DNA from: Epithemia pelagica
Lineage: Eukaryota > Protista > Bacillariophyta
DNA: 64,000 nucleotides
Assembly: GCA_946965045.2 (NCBI GenBank)
Contig: OX337234.1
Span: 868,001 to 932,000, forward strand
Direction of reading: 5' to 3'
Positions 34,110 through 45,639 of the stretch are shown piece after piece. The notes under the pieces were generated by a model. That model did no database searches and had not been told where the DNA came from. It saw only the letters and a program-made list of their open reading frames with translations. The first letter of the stretch is position 1. The number at the start of each line of letters is the position of its first letter. The translations under genes and the position numbers were made by a program.

Positions 34110-35573
34110 CTATGGCTGTAGATGCAAAATTACCTCGTCCTTGAGCCGCATTTTGCAAATACAGGAACGGAAATCTTGAGCAAAATACAGTGTACAGCGG
34201 GATTCGCTGACCGCAACACTTCTTGTTTTGGGTCCACGACAGTCCACAACAAGAAAGCTTTTCATTGGCACCTCGCGGTACTTCCCAATACTTTCATCAA
34301 AATGCTGCAAATGTTCACCAAGTTTGTCCCCCAGACGAAGCAGCTCCAAACACCATTGGGGATTGCCATTAATGTAGAAATCAAGTTCACCATGTTCAGG
34401 GTTGCCACTCTCATCAACTGCAAATGTGTTGAACTCAGGAAGCACATAATTATCAAGAGGCAGTAGCTTGGAAAGGGCCTCATTAAATAAGTGCTGGAAA
34501 GTTGCTTCTTTTGGAAATCCATTCTCCAATGTGTCAATGAATCTCTTTGCAGACATCATCGGAACAGCCTGAAGTATCAAGTCATCAAGCGATCCCGGTG
34601 CATGATCTGCCCGATTTGGGAAGCAGACTCGGTTATAGTACCAAGCGGCTGCCAGGGAAGAGAACTTCCCTTGTTGATTTAAGATTCCTGATCGAAGAAG
34701 TAAGGGAGGTATCGACTCTGTCTTTCCATCGAGAACTGCATCAGCGATTTCGTAGGTATGATGGTGCACATTATTCCTTTCTGCATCAATAGGAAGCCCA
34801 AAGCATCGGTGGAGCCCCATGAGGAACGCAGAATTCCTAAGCCTGTTCGTGGCTTGTTGCTCCGAGAATGCGTGCTTCGTATCAACATCTGTTTTCATCT
34901 GTTGAACAAGCCGAAAGCCAACTGTCAACACGCCAATATGGTAGTTCCCGTCTGATAAGCGGGCAAACCTTTGTAAGTTATGGATGAACATGTCCCAATC
35001 AGATACGTGTAAGCGCCGTGAAAAAAGTCGAATGGCTTCAGTTGCTTCATCCGACGAAAAGTAGGGTTTAACGTGCGGATACTGGGAAAACTGGACGGGG
35101 GAATTGGGAGTCATTAGGTCGTATGTAGCAGCAATAACGACAAAAACTTTGTTTTGTGCATCACTGATCTTGATTCCCTTCAATAGAAACTCCCAAAAGG
35201 AATGAAATCGTTCGGCGTAGGCATTTTGGGCAGCATCGAATAAAAGCCACGTTTCTTCCATATCTTCCAAATCATCTTCATCGTCGCTGATGCCTTTTTT
35301 CTCCAACCATTTCTGCAGCGAAGCTGTTCCATCAGCTGTCTGGTTGATTCGTTTTCGATGCACCTTGATTCCGAGACTTTGTAGATACCATTTGACTTGT
35401 TGTAATAATGCGGTCTTGCCCGTGGCTGGAGGGGAGCCTACTACAACGGCATGATTTGTCTTGGCCGCACTGACGACGCGCTCAACTAATGTCCCTCTGT
35501 GCACGTACGGAAAAGAATCGACAATTCCGTCCACTGGAATTAGATGTCCATCAACTGAGCTGTCAGGTGACAT
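34110..35573 (-). CDS. Crinkler-type NTPase plus PD-(D/E)xK restriction-endonuclease-fold protein
   Basis: Walker A GSPPATGKT, Walker B WLLFDAAQ (E replaced by A), and C-terminal PKEATFQH...ELDFYING..QWCLELLR..GEHLQHF. Confidence 0.75.
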   Translation of the reverse strand: MSPDSSVDGHLIPVDGIVDSFPYVHRGTLVERVVSAAKTNHAVVVGSPPATGKTALLQQVKWYLQSLGIKVHRKRINQTADGTASLQKWLEKKGISDDEDDLEDMEETWLLFDAAQNAYAERFHSFWEFLLKGIKISDAQNKVFVVIAATYDLMTPNSPVQFSQYPHVKPYFSSDEATEAIRLFSRRLHVSDWDMFIHNLQRFARLSDGNYHIGVLTVGFRLVQQMKTDVDTKHAFSEQQATNRLRNSAFLMGLHRCFGLPIDAERNNVHHHTYEIADAVLDGKTESIPPLLLRSGILNQQGKFSSLAAAWYYNRVCFPNRADHAPGSLDDLILQAVPMMSAKRFIDTLENGFPKEATFQHLFNEALSKLLPLDNYVLPEFNTFAVDESGNPEHGELDFYINGNPQWCLELLRLGDKLGEHLQHFDESIGKYREVPMKSFLVVDCRGPKTRSVAVSESRCTLYFAQDFRSCICKMRLKDEVILHLQP

Positions 35574-35592
35574 GGTGCATGGTGCTTTGTGA

Positions 35593-36705
35593 TTGTGCGT
35601 TGTGATTGTCTATTGTCTCAGCCGAAACAGACAGTGGACGCATCTTGCTGCTTCTTTGCCCGTCAGGTTTATCACAACCTCCATCTTCGAGACTCAGGGC
35701 ACGGCTGCATCTCCGGACTCAGGTCATGGAGAGGGAATTGCAATGGCGACTAATACGGCCGTTGCAATGGCCCGAGCTGGAATTCCTCCTTCAAGAATTG
35801 TTGTTCCGGTATTTACAACGACAGGCAGTCTCGTTCAAGTGGCAGCGGGTTACATGCTCGGACCGAGTAGCCCAGATAAACCCAGCCTCCCAGCCGTTTG
35901 CTTTGTTACGCCGGTGCTCCGGTTGTCAGACACTTCGGAATGCGAGAAGGTCGCCACAATCCTCGTGGCGATGGCACGCCATTAGACAGAAGTAGCAGAA
36001 TTCGTAAATTCGTCGAGCAACCTGTCGATACCACGTTCCGTCAAAATGGGCTTGGATCCAGCGAAATATCACTGCAAGTTGATGGATGACTTCTTTCCAG
36101 TTTTGAAGTGCAAGGGTACATCCTTCAATCATATGCTGGGAGTTAGGAGTCGGCTGGAAGGGACTTCGTATGCTTGCCTCCCTCTTGCTATCAGGCTGAA
36201 AGGTAAACAATGCAATTGTGATGCCATTATTTTTGAAAAATTGGTGGGATACCGCATTGGTCTTCCAGACGACTCTGATGATCGGGATGCTATGGTTTCG
36301 ACGATGGAAACTGCGGTTGATGACATGCACGAAAAGGGAGTGGTCCATATGGATCTCTACCTGTCGAACATATTGTGAAAGAAGCTTGACCACGGTTCTT
36401 TCAGTGTCCAGATCATTGATTTTGACACTGCACATGTATTGGGCAATCCACTTACCCTTGCGACTATTCAGCGTATGGCCGAACTAGGATCTAAGTTTTG
36501 GAACCTTGGAATCTACGCAAGAATCCAACACGACAACCTGTACATTAAAATGCCGAAGGAGAAAATCCACGAGGAGAAGTTACGAGTAGGGCGGCCAGGT
36601 GAGAGTGAAGAGGATGTGAAGAGCCGTCTGGACGGTGCGTGTGCTTCGTTCATGGAAGATATTTTCGCGGCCGTCAACTGGTCAGAACTTTACCCCGATT
36701 GGTAG
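35593..36705 (+). pseudogene. REase-like plus protein-kinase-like (Crinkler-kinase type) pseudogene, 5' truncated
   Basis: One frame broken by TAG (35983-35985) and TGA (36376-36378); catalytic loop VVHMDLYLSNIL and DFD motif. Confidence 0.7.
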
Positions 36706-38778
36706 GTGAGAAGAAGATACTTGGACAAGACGAGATCAACTGGCTTGTGTCGATCCGCCCACCAAAACAGAGGCACCGGGAATGCGCCACAAGGTGGTGG
36801 AAGCTCCATGGGCCAGTTCTGGAACCAATGCAATTTGGTGTTGGTACCATTGCGAACGTAGAGTTTCGTCGTCTTGTTGCTGTTCCGGGGTGAATTCGTC
36901 AATATTGTACAACAAGGAAGCATGGGACCCTTGCACCTAGCGTATGCCAATCATCGAACTATAATTAGGGGCTTGTTTTTGTTCCAAATGACATTAGGTT
37001 GAGGGGCCCACTAGTGCATGTCGACAAGTCAAACTGCAAGGTTTTTCCGACTATCTGCCACGAGGTGGCGCCACGAGAAGGTGGCTGTTCTGTTTTGTTA
37101 AGGAAAATGCGGACGGCCATCATATCCATTTGTCGATCAGGACAACGACAAAGCGAGCATCGTAAAGACTTTGTGACCGGACACTTGATCCACACCATTC
37201 CACCAAAGGCATCATTTGTACCAGAAAGGCGATACCAATATCATCGTTGAACACGTCATTCAAGCCAGAGAAAACATGAGTGTTCACAATCTTGAAGCAA
37301 AGTCACGTTCGATGCCCGTGGCAGGACAAGGCGAAACGGAATGAACGCCTTGAAAGAATATGAGAGGTGACTCCATCCACCAAACACGAGGTCATCGCAG
37401 AGTAAATTCCGTAGAAATGAAATGGCATGACATCGAGCCGACTGTCAAAAAGGAAGTTCGTAGTAGCTTCGGTCCAGTTTCCAGTGTTTTTCCAGTCCAG
37501 GTACACGTGAACTATCCAAATGTTCTCGCCCGGTGGTACGCTCCTCCTTCGCGTACTTCTCCGGTCGGCCTGTCGTTCGTTGTTTGGTCTCATCCATTGC
37601 TTGAGTCCAAGTCGTACGCCAACAACGTGCCAAGAGTCGCAAACGGACAATTTTGAACATTCTTCTTCTTCTTCTTCTTCTTCTTCTTGGGTTCGACAGT
37701 GCCAATGTTTTGAGAGTACGCATTCGATCGGGCCATTGACAAGCCTCGCTGGCGAGTCCCATCCCTACATGGTATCTTTGCCCATGCCAAACGTCCTTCT
37801 TAGAGCATTCCCCACCACTGATCATCGGACTAGCAACAGCTGTCGATTCCTTCACACCAATCTTGGATGAAACGTGGATGGTTTCATGCTTGTCTTGATT
37901 GGAGAATCTCTCGTTGATATCTCAATTCCCGCAAGCTCTAGGAAACCATGGTGCCAACTGGAGAATTTGGGTTTCACGACCAATCTGGCGACATGGGCTG
38001 TAGCGTCTACACGACAGCTGCGTTTCGTCAAGACTCAAGACGACGTCGTCGTCGTCGTTGATGATTTATTTTTTCTTCAAACGCATCCTTTTCTTTGGAT
38101 CTCTGTGTGTCTATGTGCGCCATCTTGCCCTCTCTCCAAACTCCAACAATTCAGTGACTTTGGCGCACCGCCAAACTGTTCCGAACGCGGATGGCGCACC
38201 GCCGTGCGTTGAGTTGGAAGAATCGATGCCAGGGGGGCTTAGTTGTTTGAAAACGGGGGATTTGGGGGAGGGAGCGATCCCATTAAGCCCTCTATGTGTT
38301 GCATGTCGATGTCGACACCTGCGTGACATGGGTGCTTAAGAGAAGCACGCTTCATCCGTTGAATCCCCAAGCTTTAAAATTTGTCGGAACAGAATATTTA
38401 CCAGCGCACGCCGATCTGCGCCAATCACGCAGACGCCTCCGGCTTCTAAGTATCATCCGTTGAGCAGTGGATTCGTGGCACTCCACACGTTTCCCATCCC
38501 CTCGTTTGTTTATGATCGTGCAAGCCAGGCAGGCCTATCGCAAAAGGAAGTCGTGGTGAGAAGAGGTGCAGTTCGTGAGACGGCTTGCTGTTGTCACGCA
38601 GTCATAAAATAGAGAGAGGAGGTCTCTTTCCCTGTTGGTGCGAATCTCTCTCCATTCATTCTCACACCATCCATCTCCCTCCAACAAGGGTCCATCATCT
38701 TCTTCTGGGACTTTTGAATTCTCTTTGCCGCACGTTCTTTGAATACGTTAACACTGTCTCGTGGGGTGCGGAGAAACA

Positions 38779-41173
38779 ATGCCATACCAAGGATCTTCTC
38801 CTCGCACCTCTCCAGCATCGGAAGCCCCCGTGGTGGCGCCATCATCATCGGCACCACCACCAACGTGCACCACCACCACCACCAACGAGGAGTGCAACAG
38901 CAGCCATAGCAGTAGTCACCACAGTGGCGCCCAAGTACTCTTGTCCTTGGCCACTGGTTCGGAAACCGAGGGACCCATCAGTACCAACCACAAGGACGTG
39001 CCGGCCGTGATTGAACCTTCCAATTCTCCCGGTAACGAACCCCCCACACACGCAGAGGAGGCAGCAACGACAGCGTCACCGTCGTCCAGTTCTCACCATC
39101 ATCCACCCGTCACGCCCTCTCCCTTGGCGCATTCCCAAAAAGAACGAGAAGGAGGAACCAGTGGCGACCGTGACAGTCAGACAAGGAACAACAGCAACAT
39201 GCAAATGTCATTGCATGCCAGCAATGGCTTGGTGCCATCCCCAATCAAGCTTTCGTCATCACGTCGAAATAATCCTGAAGAACCACAAGCCTCGAGCATT
39301 TCACTACAAGACAATGACACCAAGAATACCAGCAAGCGGAAATCTCCCGACAATGTCGCGGTTCTGGCAGTCGAGGACAATGACGAAGAGGAGGAGGAAC
39401 TTTCCGTCTCTCGCAGTAGCAAGGTGCCTCGGCGAAACTTGCGCGAGAAGGATGCCTCGGCTCCTTCCTCGCAAGTGACTGCTACGCCCCCCAAGTGTGG
39501 CAACTCTCCTGTTCAAGCGGAGCACTGCAGTGACAGCAAGACCTTGATTTCCCCTGCATCTTCCGCAGCTACTCATGAGGAACCTTCCAAGGCAGCCTCT
39601 CCTCGTGGACCGTCTACTCCTGCGACTGTCTATGCCGAAATGGCTCCTCAAGAACGACACCGGTCCTCGACTACGGCAGCGCATTCGTCATCGTCCTTGA
39701 GGACGCCCCAGCACGCTCTTTCCTCTTCCTCACACTATGCACCATCTCACCATCCAGGGACAACTCCCCTCTACCATCATCCTCATCCTACAGCACCACC
39801 CACGTCCATCACTCCCTCTCTGGGCGGCGTGGCGTATCCGCATCACCATCATGCTACACTTGCTCCACCCAGTGTCCCAACACATCCTGCGCATCATTCG
39901 TCCTTGCCACCGCCACACTATGTCCCTGCCGCACCCCCGGGACAACCATGGATGCATCCTGTTGCACTTCCACCGGGGTATTACGCCGTTCCTGGCTATG
40001 CGGCGGCTCCTCCACCACCCCAGTATTATACCGTTGCCATTCATCCCACACCAGCCACCGCCGCCGCATATGGTGCACCACCACCACACATGGTTACGAC
40101 CGCAGCACCACCACCTCAACCGCATTTGGTCCATTCCTCAGCAGCCCAGCCTCTGCACCACCACCACCACCAAAAGGCCACGACGAAAGCGTCCCATCAC
40201 CACCCACTGGCGGCACCACCCTCGCCTCCCACTCCGCCCTCACCGCCACCACCACCACCACCACGAAAAAAGAATAGAGACTCGACCAAATCCGAAGAAG
40301 TCAAGAAATCCATCGAAGAATGGCAAAAAACCAGAGCGACCATTGGGAACAAGGCACGGTGTATTCCTGTGGAACATCCCACCAAGGCCAAAAACATTGT
40401 GTAAGTGTGGTTCGTACCAATGACAGTGTTCTATCATCGAGGTTCTTACTGATACTGTTCTTTTTTCCTACAGCGCTAATCCGGAAAAAGTGGATTTCAA
40501 GTTGCCTGACTTTCCCTTGTTGGTGAACTTTCCGGAACATTTGACACGAGGGCAAACACGGGGAACGGGTGAACACAAGGGACTGGCACCCGAGGGAAAA
40601 CGTCATTGTGTCATGTGTGGTCAATTGCGCATTTGTTCGTCGTCGGCCAATCGCATGAATCGAAGCACGGCACCCACCACCAACTCGTCGCCGAACAACG
40701 CCCACAACCCCAACGAAGCCGATTCCTCGTCCTCCACAGTACATATTATTCCCCGACAAAACAAGGGGGTGTGCACCGCCTGCGATGTGACAGTCTGGAC
40801 CGTATTGAAACACGGTGGCAACACTAGTTCCAGCAGCACGAACGGATCGAATTTGGAAATCAAGTGGTGCAAGGGATGTAAAAACTTTCGGCCCTGGGCG
40901 GCCTTTGGGGATAAAGGTTTGGCCACCAAATGCGCACGGTGTCGGCATCGGCAACGTGAAAAATATGCCATGCAAAAGAAACAGGGCACGACTGGCATGA
41001 CCGCCACTCCAAGCAGTAGTCTTGCCACCACCACCCCTACCAAATACACTAGTGGTTCTTACGATCCCTATGGCCATCATCATCATCACCACCATCATCA
41101 TCACCAACAAAAGGATGATGACCTTTTAGCCGCACAGGGGTTGAGCAATCTGATGCGTGCGCAAAATGCATAA
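38779..41173 (+). CDS. Putative Cys-rich Zn-finger transcription factor (SBP-like C-terminus); 2 exons (38779-40400, 40474-41173)
   Basis: Long S/P/H-rich N-terminus; CVMC, CTAC and KWCKGCKNF...TKCARCRHRQREKY motifs; GT-AG phase-2 intron. Confidence 0.7.
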
Positions 41174-41562
41174 AAAGCATTCCACGCAACAGAAAACCAG
41201 GGAATATGGCAATGGAACGTTGTAGGACAGTGTTTCTGAAGACAGTACTCTGCTTGGTTCAACTATTTTGAAATTATAAAGTCCTGTCTTTTTGCGTTGT
41301 CCATTGTTTTGTCCAATGTAAATTGCTTTTCCTAGGAATAAAGTCGTTGTCTATTGTGTACCACCGCTTAATTGGGTCACATCCTCCGTGCTTCCGTAAC
41401 TGGAGTCTACTCTGTGCGACCAAAGCTGGTAGCAATATCAACTATCAACTTACAGTTTCATGCACGTCTACTCTACCATGTAACGCTTTCAGTCTGTCTT
41501 AGCAACTTGAACCTATTACTTTTTTCCTTCCTTACAACTATCACTACTCGTCCATCTCTTCT

Positions 41563-42555
41563 TTACATGAGTTTCTTCTTTTTGAAGTATCGTTTGAGGT
41601 ATCCCACTTGGAGGTAGGTGACTCCAAACAAAATGGCGACGGAAATATAGGAGAAATAATGGACACGCGAATTAATCCCATCGGCCGTTTGTCTCATTCG
41701 TTGTTCTCGTTGTTCCATGTACCGGTATTCTTTCAAGACTTGTCGAGCCGAGGCAATCGAACTATCCAAACTGGATTCCAAGGGTGTCAAATGTTCGTCT
41801 TTGCCAAAGCCGGCTTCTTGTGCTTTGGGACTCAAATCCGTGACATCCTCACTGACCATGACGACATCGAATAGCATGTGAACTTGATAATCATAGGCTT
41901 CTTCAAAAATGTTGTCATCCAAGAGAAAACAAATTTCAATGCCTTCATAGTTTTCCGCTGCCTGTGAGGAATGATGCTTGCGAATATGATTGAGGACGAG
42001 AGGAGTGAAAAATCGCGTCTTGTCCTTGTATTCCACTTCATCCAACTGTCCTTCAAACGATTCCGCATGGACCGAAACAATGACTGGAGCCGCATTGCCC
42101 GGTCCTTTGAGGGTTTCGCCCTGTTTGGCCATGAATTTACTGGCGGATTGTGTGACCTTGTCGGGCGGATCGTCCAAAATTCCCTTGGGTATACTTTTCA
42201 ATCGAGACTTTTGCAATGTCATTTTGTACACTTGCTCGACATAAAACAATTCGACATCGGCAGCTTCCTTGGGATCCTCGTACAATTGTTCATCGGGCAA
42301 GGGCAACAAGACGACATGGGCATCGTCATCTTCCGGAATACTAAATTCCATACATCGATGCCCCTCGCCCGATTCCAATGACAAAATAATGGGATAGGCG
42401 CTTGTAGTGGTTGTTCTTGTCGAGACTGCCAGGAGTACCAGCAGGCTCAGACAGACACTCCGAACCACGGACAAAAAGGAGGAAGGAGCATGACCCAAAG
42501 CGGAGGACCGCCTTGACTTTGGCAGGCACCGACCACTTCCCCCAATGGACCTCAT
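41563..42555 (-). CDS. emp24/gp25L/p24 (GOLD) family cargo receptor
   Basis: Signal peptide, GOLD Cys pair, coiled coil REQRMRQT, TM segment, C-terminal YLKRYFKKKKLM. Confidence 0.9.
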   Translation of the reverse strand: MRSIGGSGRCLPKSRRSSALGHAPSSFLSVVRSVCLSLLVLLAVSTRTTTTSAYPIILSLESGEGHRCMEFSIPEDDDAHVVLLPLPDEQLYEDPKEAADVELFYVEQVYKMTLQKSRLKSIPKGILDDPPDKVTQSASKFMAKQGETLKGPGNAAPVIVSVHAESFEGQLDEVEYKDKTRFFTPLVLNHIRKHHSSQAAENYEGIEICFLLDDNIFEEAYDYQVHMLFDVVMVSEDVTDLSPKAQEAGFGKDEHLTPLESSLDSSIASARQVLKEYRYMEQREQRMRQTADGINSRVHYFSYISVAILFGVTYLQVGYLKRYFKKKKLM

Positions 42556-43550
42556 GTTTTGGCTGTCGTTGCGGTTGTCGGGTCAGGACAAGGTCGTCGA
42601 AAGAGAGCTACTCCTTTTGTTGCTTATATTGCAGGAGGTTGTATCCACAAGGACGACTTTGACTTTGCTGGTTTGTGCCACCGTCCACTGTTGTGCCAAT
42701 GGTTCAGTCACGAATCACGAACTATGAAGCCTTAACTCTAAGAAAGAATATATGTCCCCATTTATATAAGCGAACGACGGGACAATGGTGGCCAAAATGC
42801 CGCCAACCGCCGATTTCTCCCTCTAACGAGATCCATCTTCGAGGTCCTTTGTGAGAAGACAATGAAATTGAAAGATCTGAAGAGAAGATATACCACACCA
42901 ACTTGGGAGAGTAAGGCGAATGCGTTGCCTTTTTCGGGACCTTGACCATTCCAAACAAGAAGACACCCCCCGAGATTGAATCTGCCAAGCCTTGATTTGT
43001 GGACCGTTCTCATTGAAACGAGCATAGGAATCTTGTCGATATGTAACGGTAGACCCCCCTACGAGTCATGTTGAACCAAGAAGAATCACCATGAATTGCT
43101 GCGATAGTCGACATTCATGATTCGTGAGAGTGCGGGATCCTGTCGAACGATACTACAAGTCAAACTCTTGCCAGACCAAGCACCACTGCCCCAAACCCTA
43201 CTGGTAGGACAAGGTTTGTTTGCGGAAGGAAACAAGGACCGATTTTCCTTGTCTTATTGATCATCATGTCATGGAATCCCCGAAATTTGGACATGGGTAC
43301 GGTTTGCTCCTTGAACGGTCGTCACTCGCGTGACCACTACTCCTAACAAATAAAATTGAGTTTGTGACGGTGCCTAAATCAGGGTCTCATTCCCAAGAGA
43401 AGTTCTTTTTGAAAGGGCATTCATTTGTACCCTATCTTACAGCATTCTCCACTTCATTAGCCCACAATGCCTCTCTGGGACAGGCAAGTAGTAGTATGTG
43501 GTATAAAATAGGAGTTCTGGTGTGTGGGAACGATACCCTTTATTGTTTCT

Positions 43551-44903
43551 CTAAAAGCATGCACCACGTTTGCACGCCCCTTGTCGCGGACCAAAGTCTC
43601 CCCATTCCGCCATTTTGCGCACATAAAAATACATGTCTCCCTCCAGTTCGCGCAAATGGCAGGCTTGATAGAGGCGATGCAATATTCGAGGGACCAACAA
43701 TCGCAAGGGTACGAGGCTTCGACCTACACTGTTCCGGTCTGCGGTTTGTCGAGACTCGCTTTCAGCCAGGCGCAATTGCCAAAACTTATTGAATCCACAG
43801 TGAGCTTCGTCCAAGTAGAGTTGTAATCGTTGATCCAATGTGCTGTAGAAGGGCTTTCCAGCAGCCATTCGTTCTTCCCGAACGTCCCAAGGGTACAGTG
43901 AACGAGCCTCATCGGATATTTCAGCGTCGTAAGAATAGCCCAGATCCAAAACTTCCAAGGTAGAATTGTTTTGCAATGACATGACTATTTTCCCGACCAG
44001 TTTGTCACATTCTTCTTCCGTAGCATCATGGCAAAAATAGCCTCCAAAATTCTTCTTTAGATACAGCCCGTACAGGTTCAGACCCGGCAGCAACGGAACA
44101 AGAATTGTTTCAATTCCATGGCGAGTAAAATTGTTGGAATTGAGATTTAAAACCCTGAGAGTTTGGTTCTCTTGTAATGCCGTCAAAAGAGCGTTCATGC
44201 CACTATCATCTAGATCACATCGGGCCATAACAAGCTGGGTGAGTGTTTTGTTTGCGATAAGTGCTTGAGCAATGCTTGAGTATACAATCGGATTGCTCAC
44301 TGTGCCATCCCCTGGTAGTGATAACCTTTCCACACTGTCATTCTGGGCAAGTCCCTGTGCAAGGCCAAGCAAACCATTTTGAGGAATACCTTCCGAATGA
44401 AGCCAGACATTACGTAAGGATGGCATGCGAACAAAAATGTTGAACAGAGATTCTTTGACATCATCATCTTCATTCCCGGATTCTTCAGGAAGAAAGTCAC
44501 TATGCAAATCAAGTGTTTCTAGACTGTCCCTGGTACCCGGCGCAGTTGAAAGGATACGGAAGAGCCCACGGAAGAAACCGAAGTGGTTGGGGCACACAAT
44601 TTTAAGAAATCTGAGCCGAAACTTTGCCTCCGAGAGTATCCGATAGAACTCGTGGGATCCTTCTGGCATAACTATAGGGAAGGAGAAAAGCAAATGGTCC
44701 AAGACTGTGTTCTGCTGCAATGCATGGTAGAGCTTGGTAATTTCGGGTCCTCGTGTATCGAGACGATCTGCCCATACGTCCGTCTGCGAGGGATCGTTTT
44801 GTGCCAGTTTGGCCAGCAAGCTTGTCGAGAACAAGAAATTGGAGGATGGAATCGTCCTCCTCCTCAAAACGTTATTGTCGCTATCACTGGCTGAGCCTGA
44901 CAT
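43551..44903 (-). CDS. RNI-like LRR protein (NLRC3-like repeats, no NACHT)
   Basis: Intact ORF; repeats such as LQENQTLRVLNLNSNNF and LQNNSTLEVLDLGY. ATG chosen by homology with the paralogs. Confidence 0.8.
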   Translation of the reverse strand: MSGSASDSDNNVLRRRTIPSSNFLFSTSLLAKLAQNDPSQTDVWADRLDTRGPEITKLYHALQQNTVLDHLLFSFPIVMPEGSHEFYRILSEAKFRLRFLKIVCPNHFGFFRGLFRILSTAPGTRDSLETLDLHSDFLPEESGNEDDDVKESLFNIFVRMPSLRNVWLHSEGIPQNGLLGLAQGLAQNDSVERLSLPGDGTVSNPIVYSSIAQALIANKTLTQLVMARCDLDDSGMNALLTALQENQTLRVLNLNSNNFTRHGIETILVPLLPGLNLYGLYLKKNFGGYFCHDATEEECDKLVGKIVMSLQNNSTLEVLDLGYSYDAEISDEARSLYPWDVREERMAAGKPFYSTLDQRLQLYLDEAHCGFNKFWQLRLAESESRQTADRNSVGRSLVPLRLLVPRILHRLYQACHLRELEGDMYFYVRKMAEWGDFGPRQGACKRGACF

Positions 44904-45282
44904 ATGGACTTTCAACAAGGGTGATACGGCGTCAACAAATCTAGCGGTAACATGAGAAGGACCTTCTTTCGACTTTTTTATTTGTGATCTCATTTGTAAA
45001 CGCGACCTAAAGACGAATGGTTCCGGCAACTAAGATAGGTACCTACGTAGGTAGTTTTGTTAGAGTAACAGAATAGGAGTTCGGGGAACTCCTCCGTTCT
45101 GGTTCAAGAGACCAGTCGAAAGTTTACTTTCTGTATCCCAGGTGCCAAGGATCTTGGCTCCACAGCAGCAGATAGTCATTTCTTGTGTGTGACTAAATGC
45201 TGGACTGTCCCAGCCGCAAAGCCGCACTGTCTCTTCTCTGATCTATGGGAAAGATGACCCAGATTGTTTCTCTAGTACCTAG

Positions 45283-45576
45283 TGTTGGAAATAATGATGA
45301 AGACGGAAAAATGATCCACGAGTCCTCAGAGCCACCCGGCGACCAAGTTGAGACAATGACGAGAACTACTTATCGAAGCAGTCACGAACAATCACGCGAG
45401 CGAGAAGGTAAGCGCGTTACGTTCGCTGACGTGGTAAAATACGGGAAACCAAAGACGAGCGAGGCGAAAAAGACGAGAGCTCATTCTTTGGAGATAATCA
45501 AGAAAGTAAAGTAAAATTACGTTTTACATCTACGACGATAGCGACGAAGCTGACGGCATCCTTGCATCGTACAACA
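45283..45576 (+). repeat. 5' LTR
   Basis: Direct repeat of 50709-51002; TGTTGG...TACAACA. Confidence 0.97.
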
Positions 45577-45639
45577 TTATCTCCAAAGAAAACACGAAAT
45601 CCTACAAACCGTCTTTTCAAGCGCATCAACGCAATTTCC

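Noticed and set aside
37303-38340. Several overlapping short ORFs around a (CTT)n tract
   Set aside because: No recognisable domain or consistent splice model.
45137-45172. SRP RNA helix 8 (CAGG...AGCAG)
   Set aside because: No GNRA tetraloop, and the stem geometry is wrong.
45245-45514. Separate 89-aa ORF
   Set aside because: It is just the 5' LTR copy of the pol C-terminal tail.
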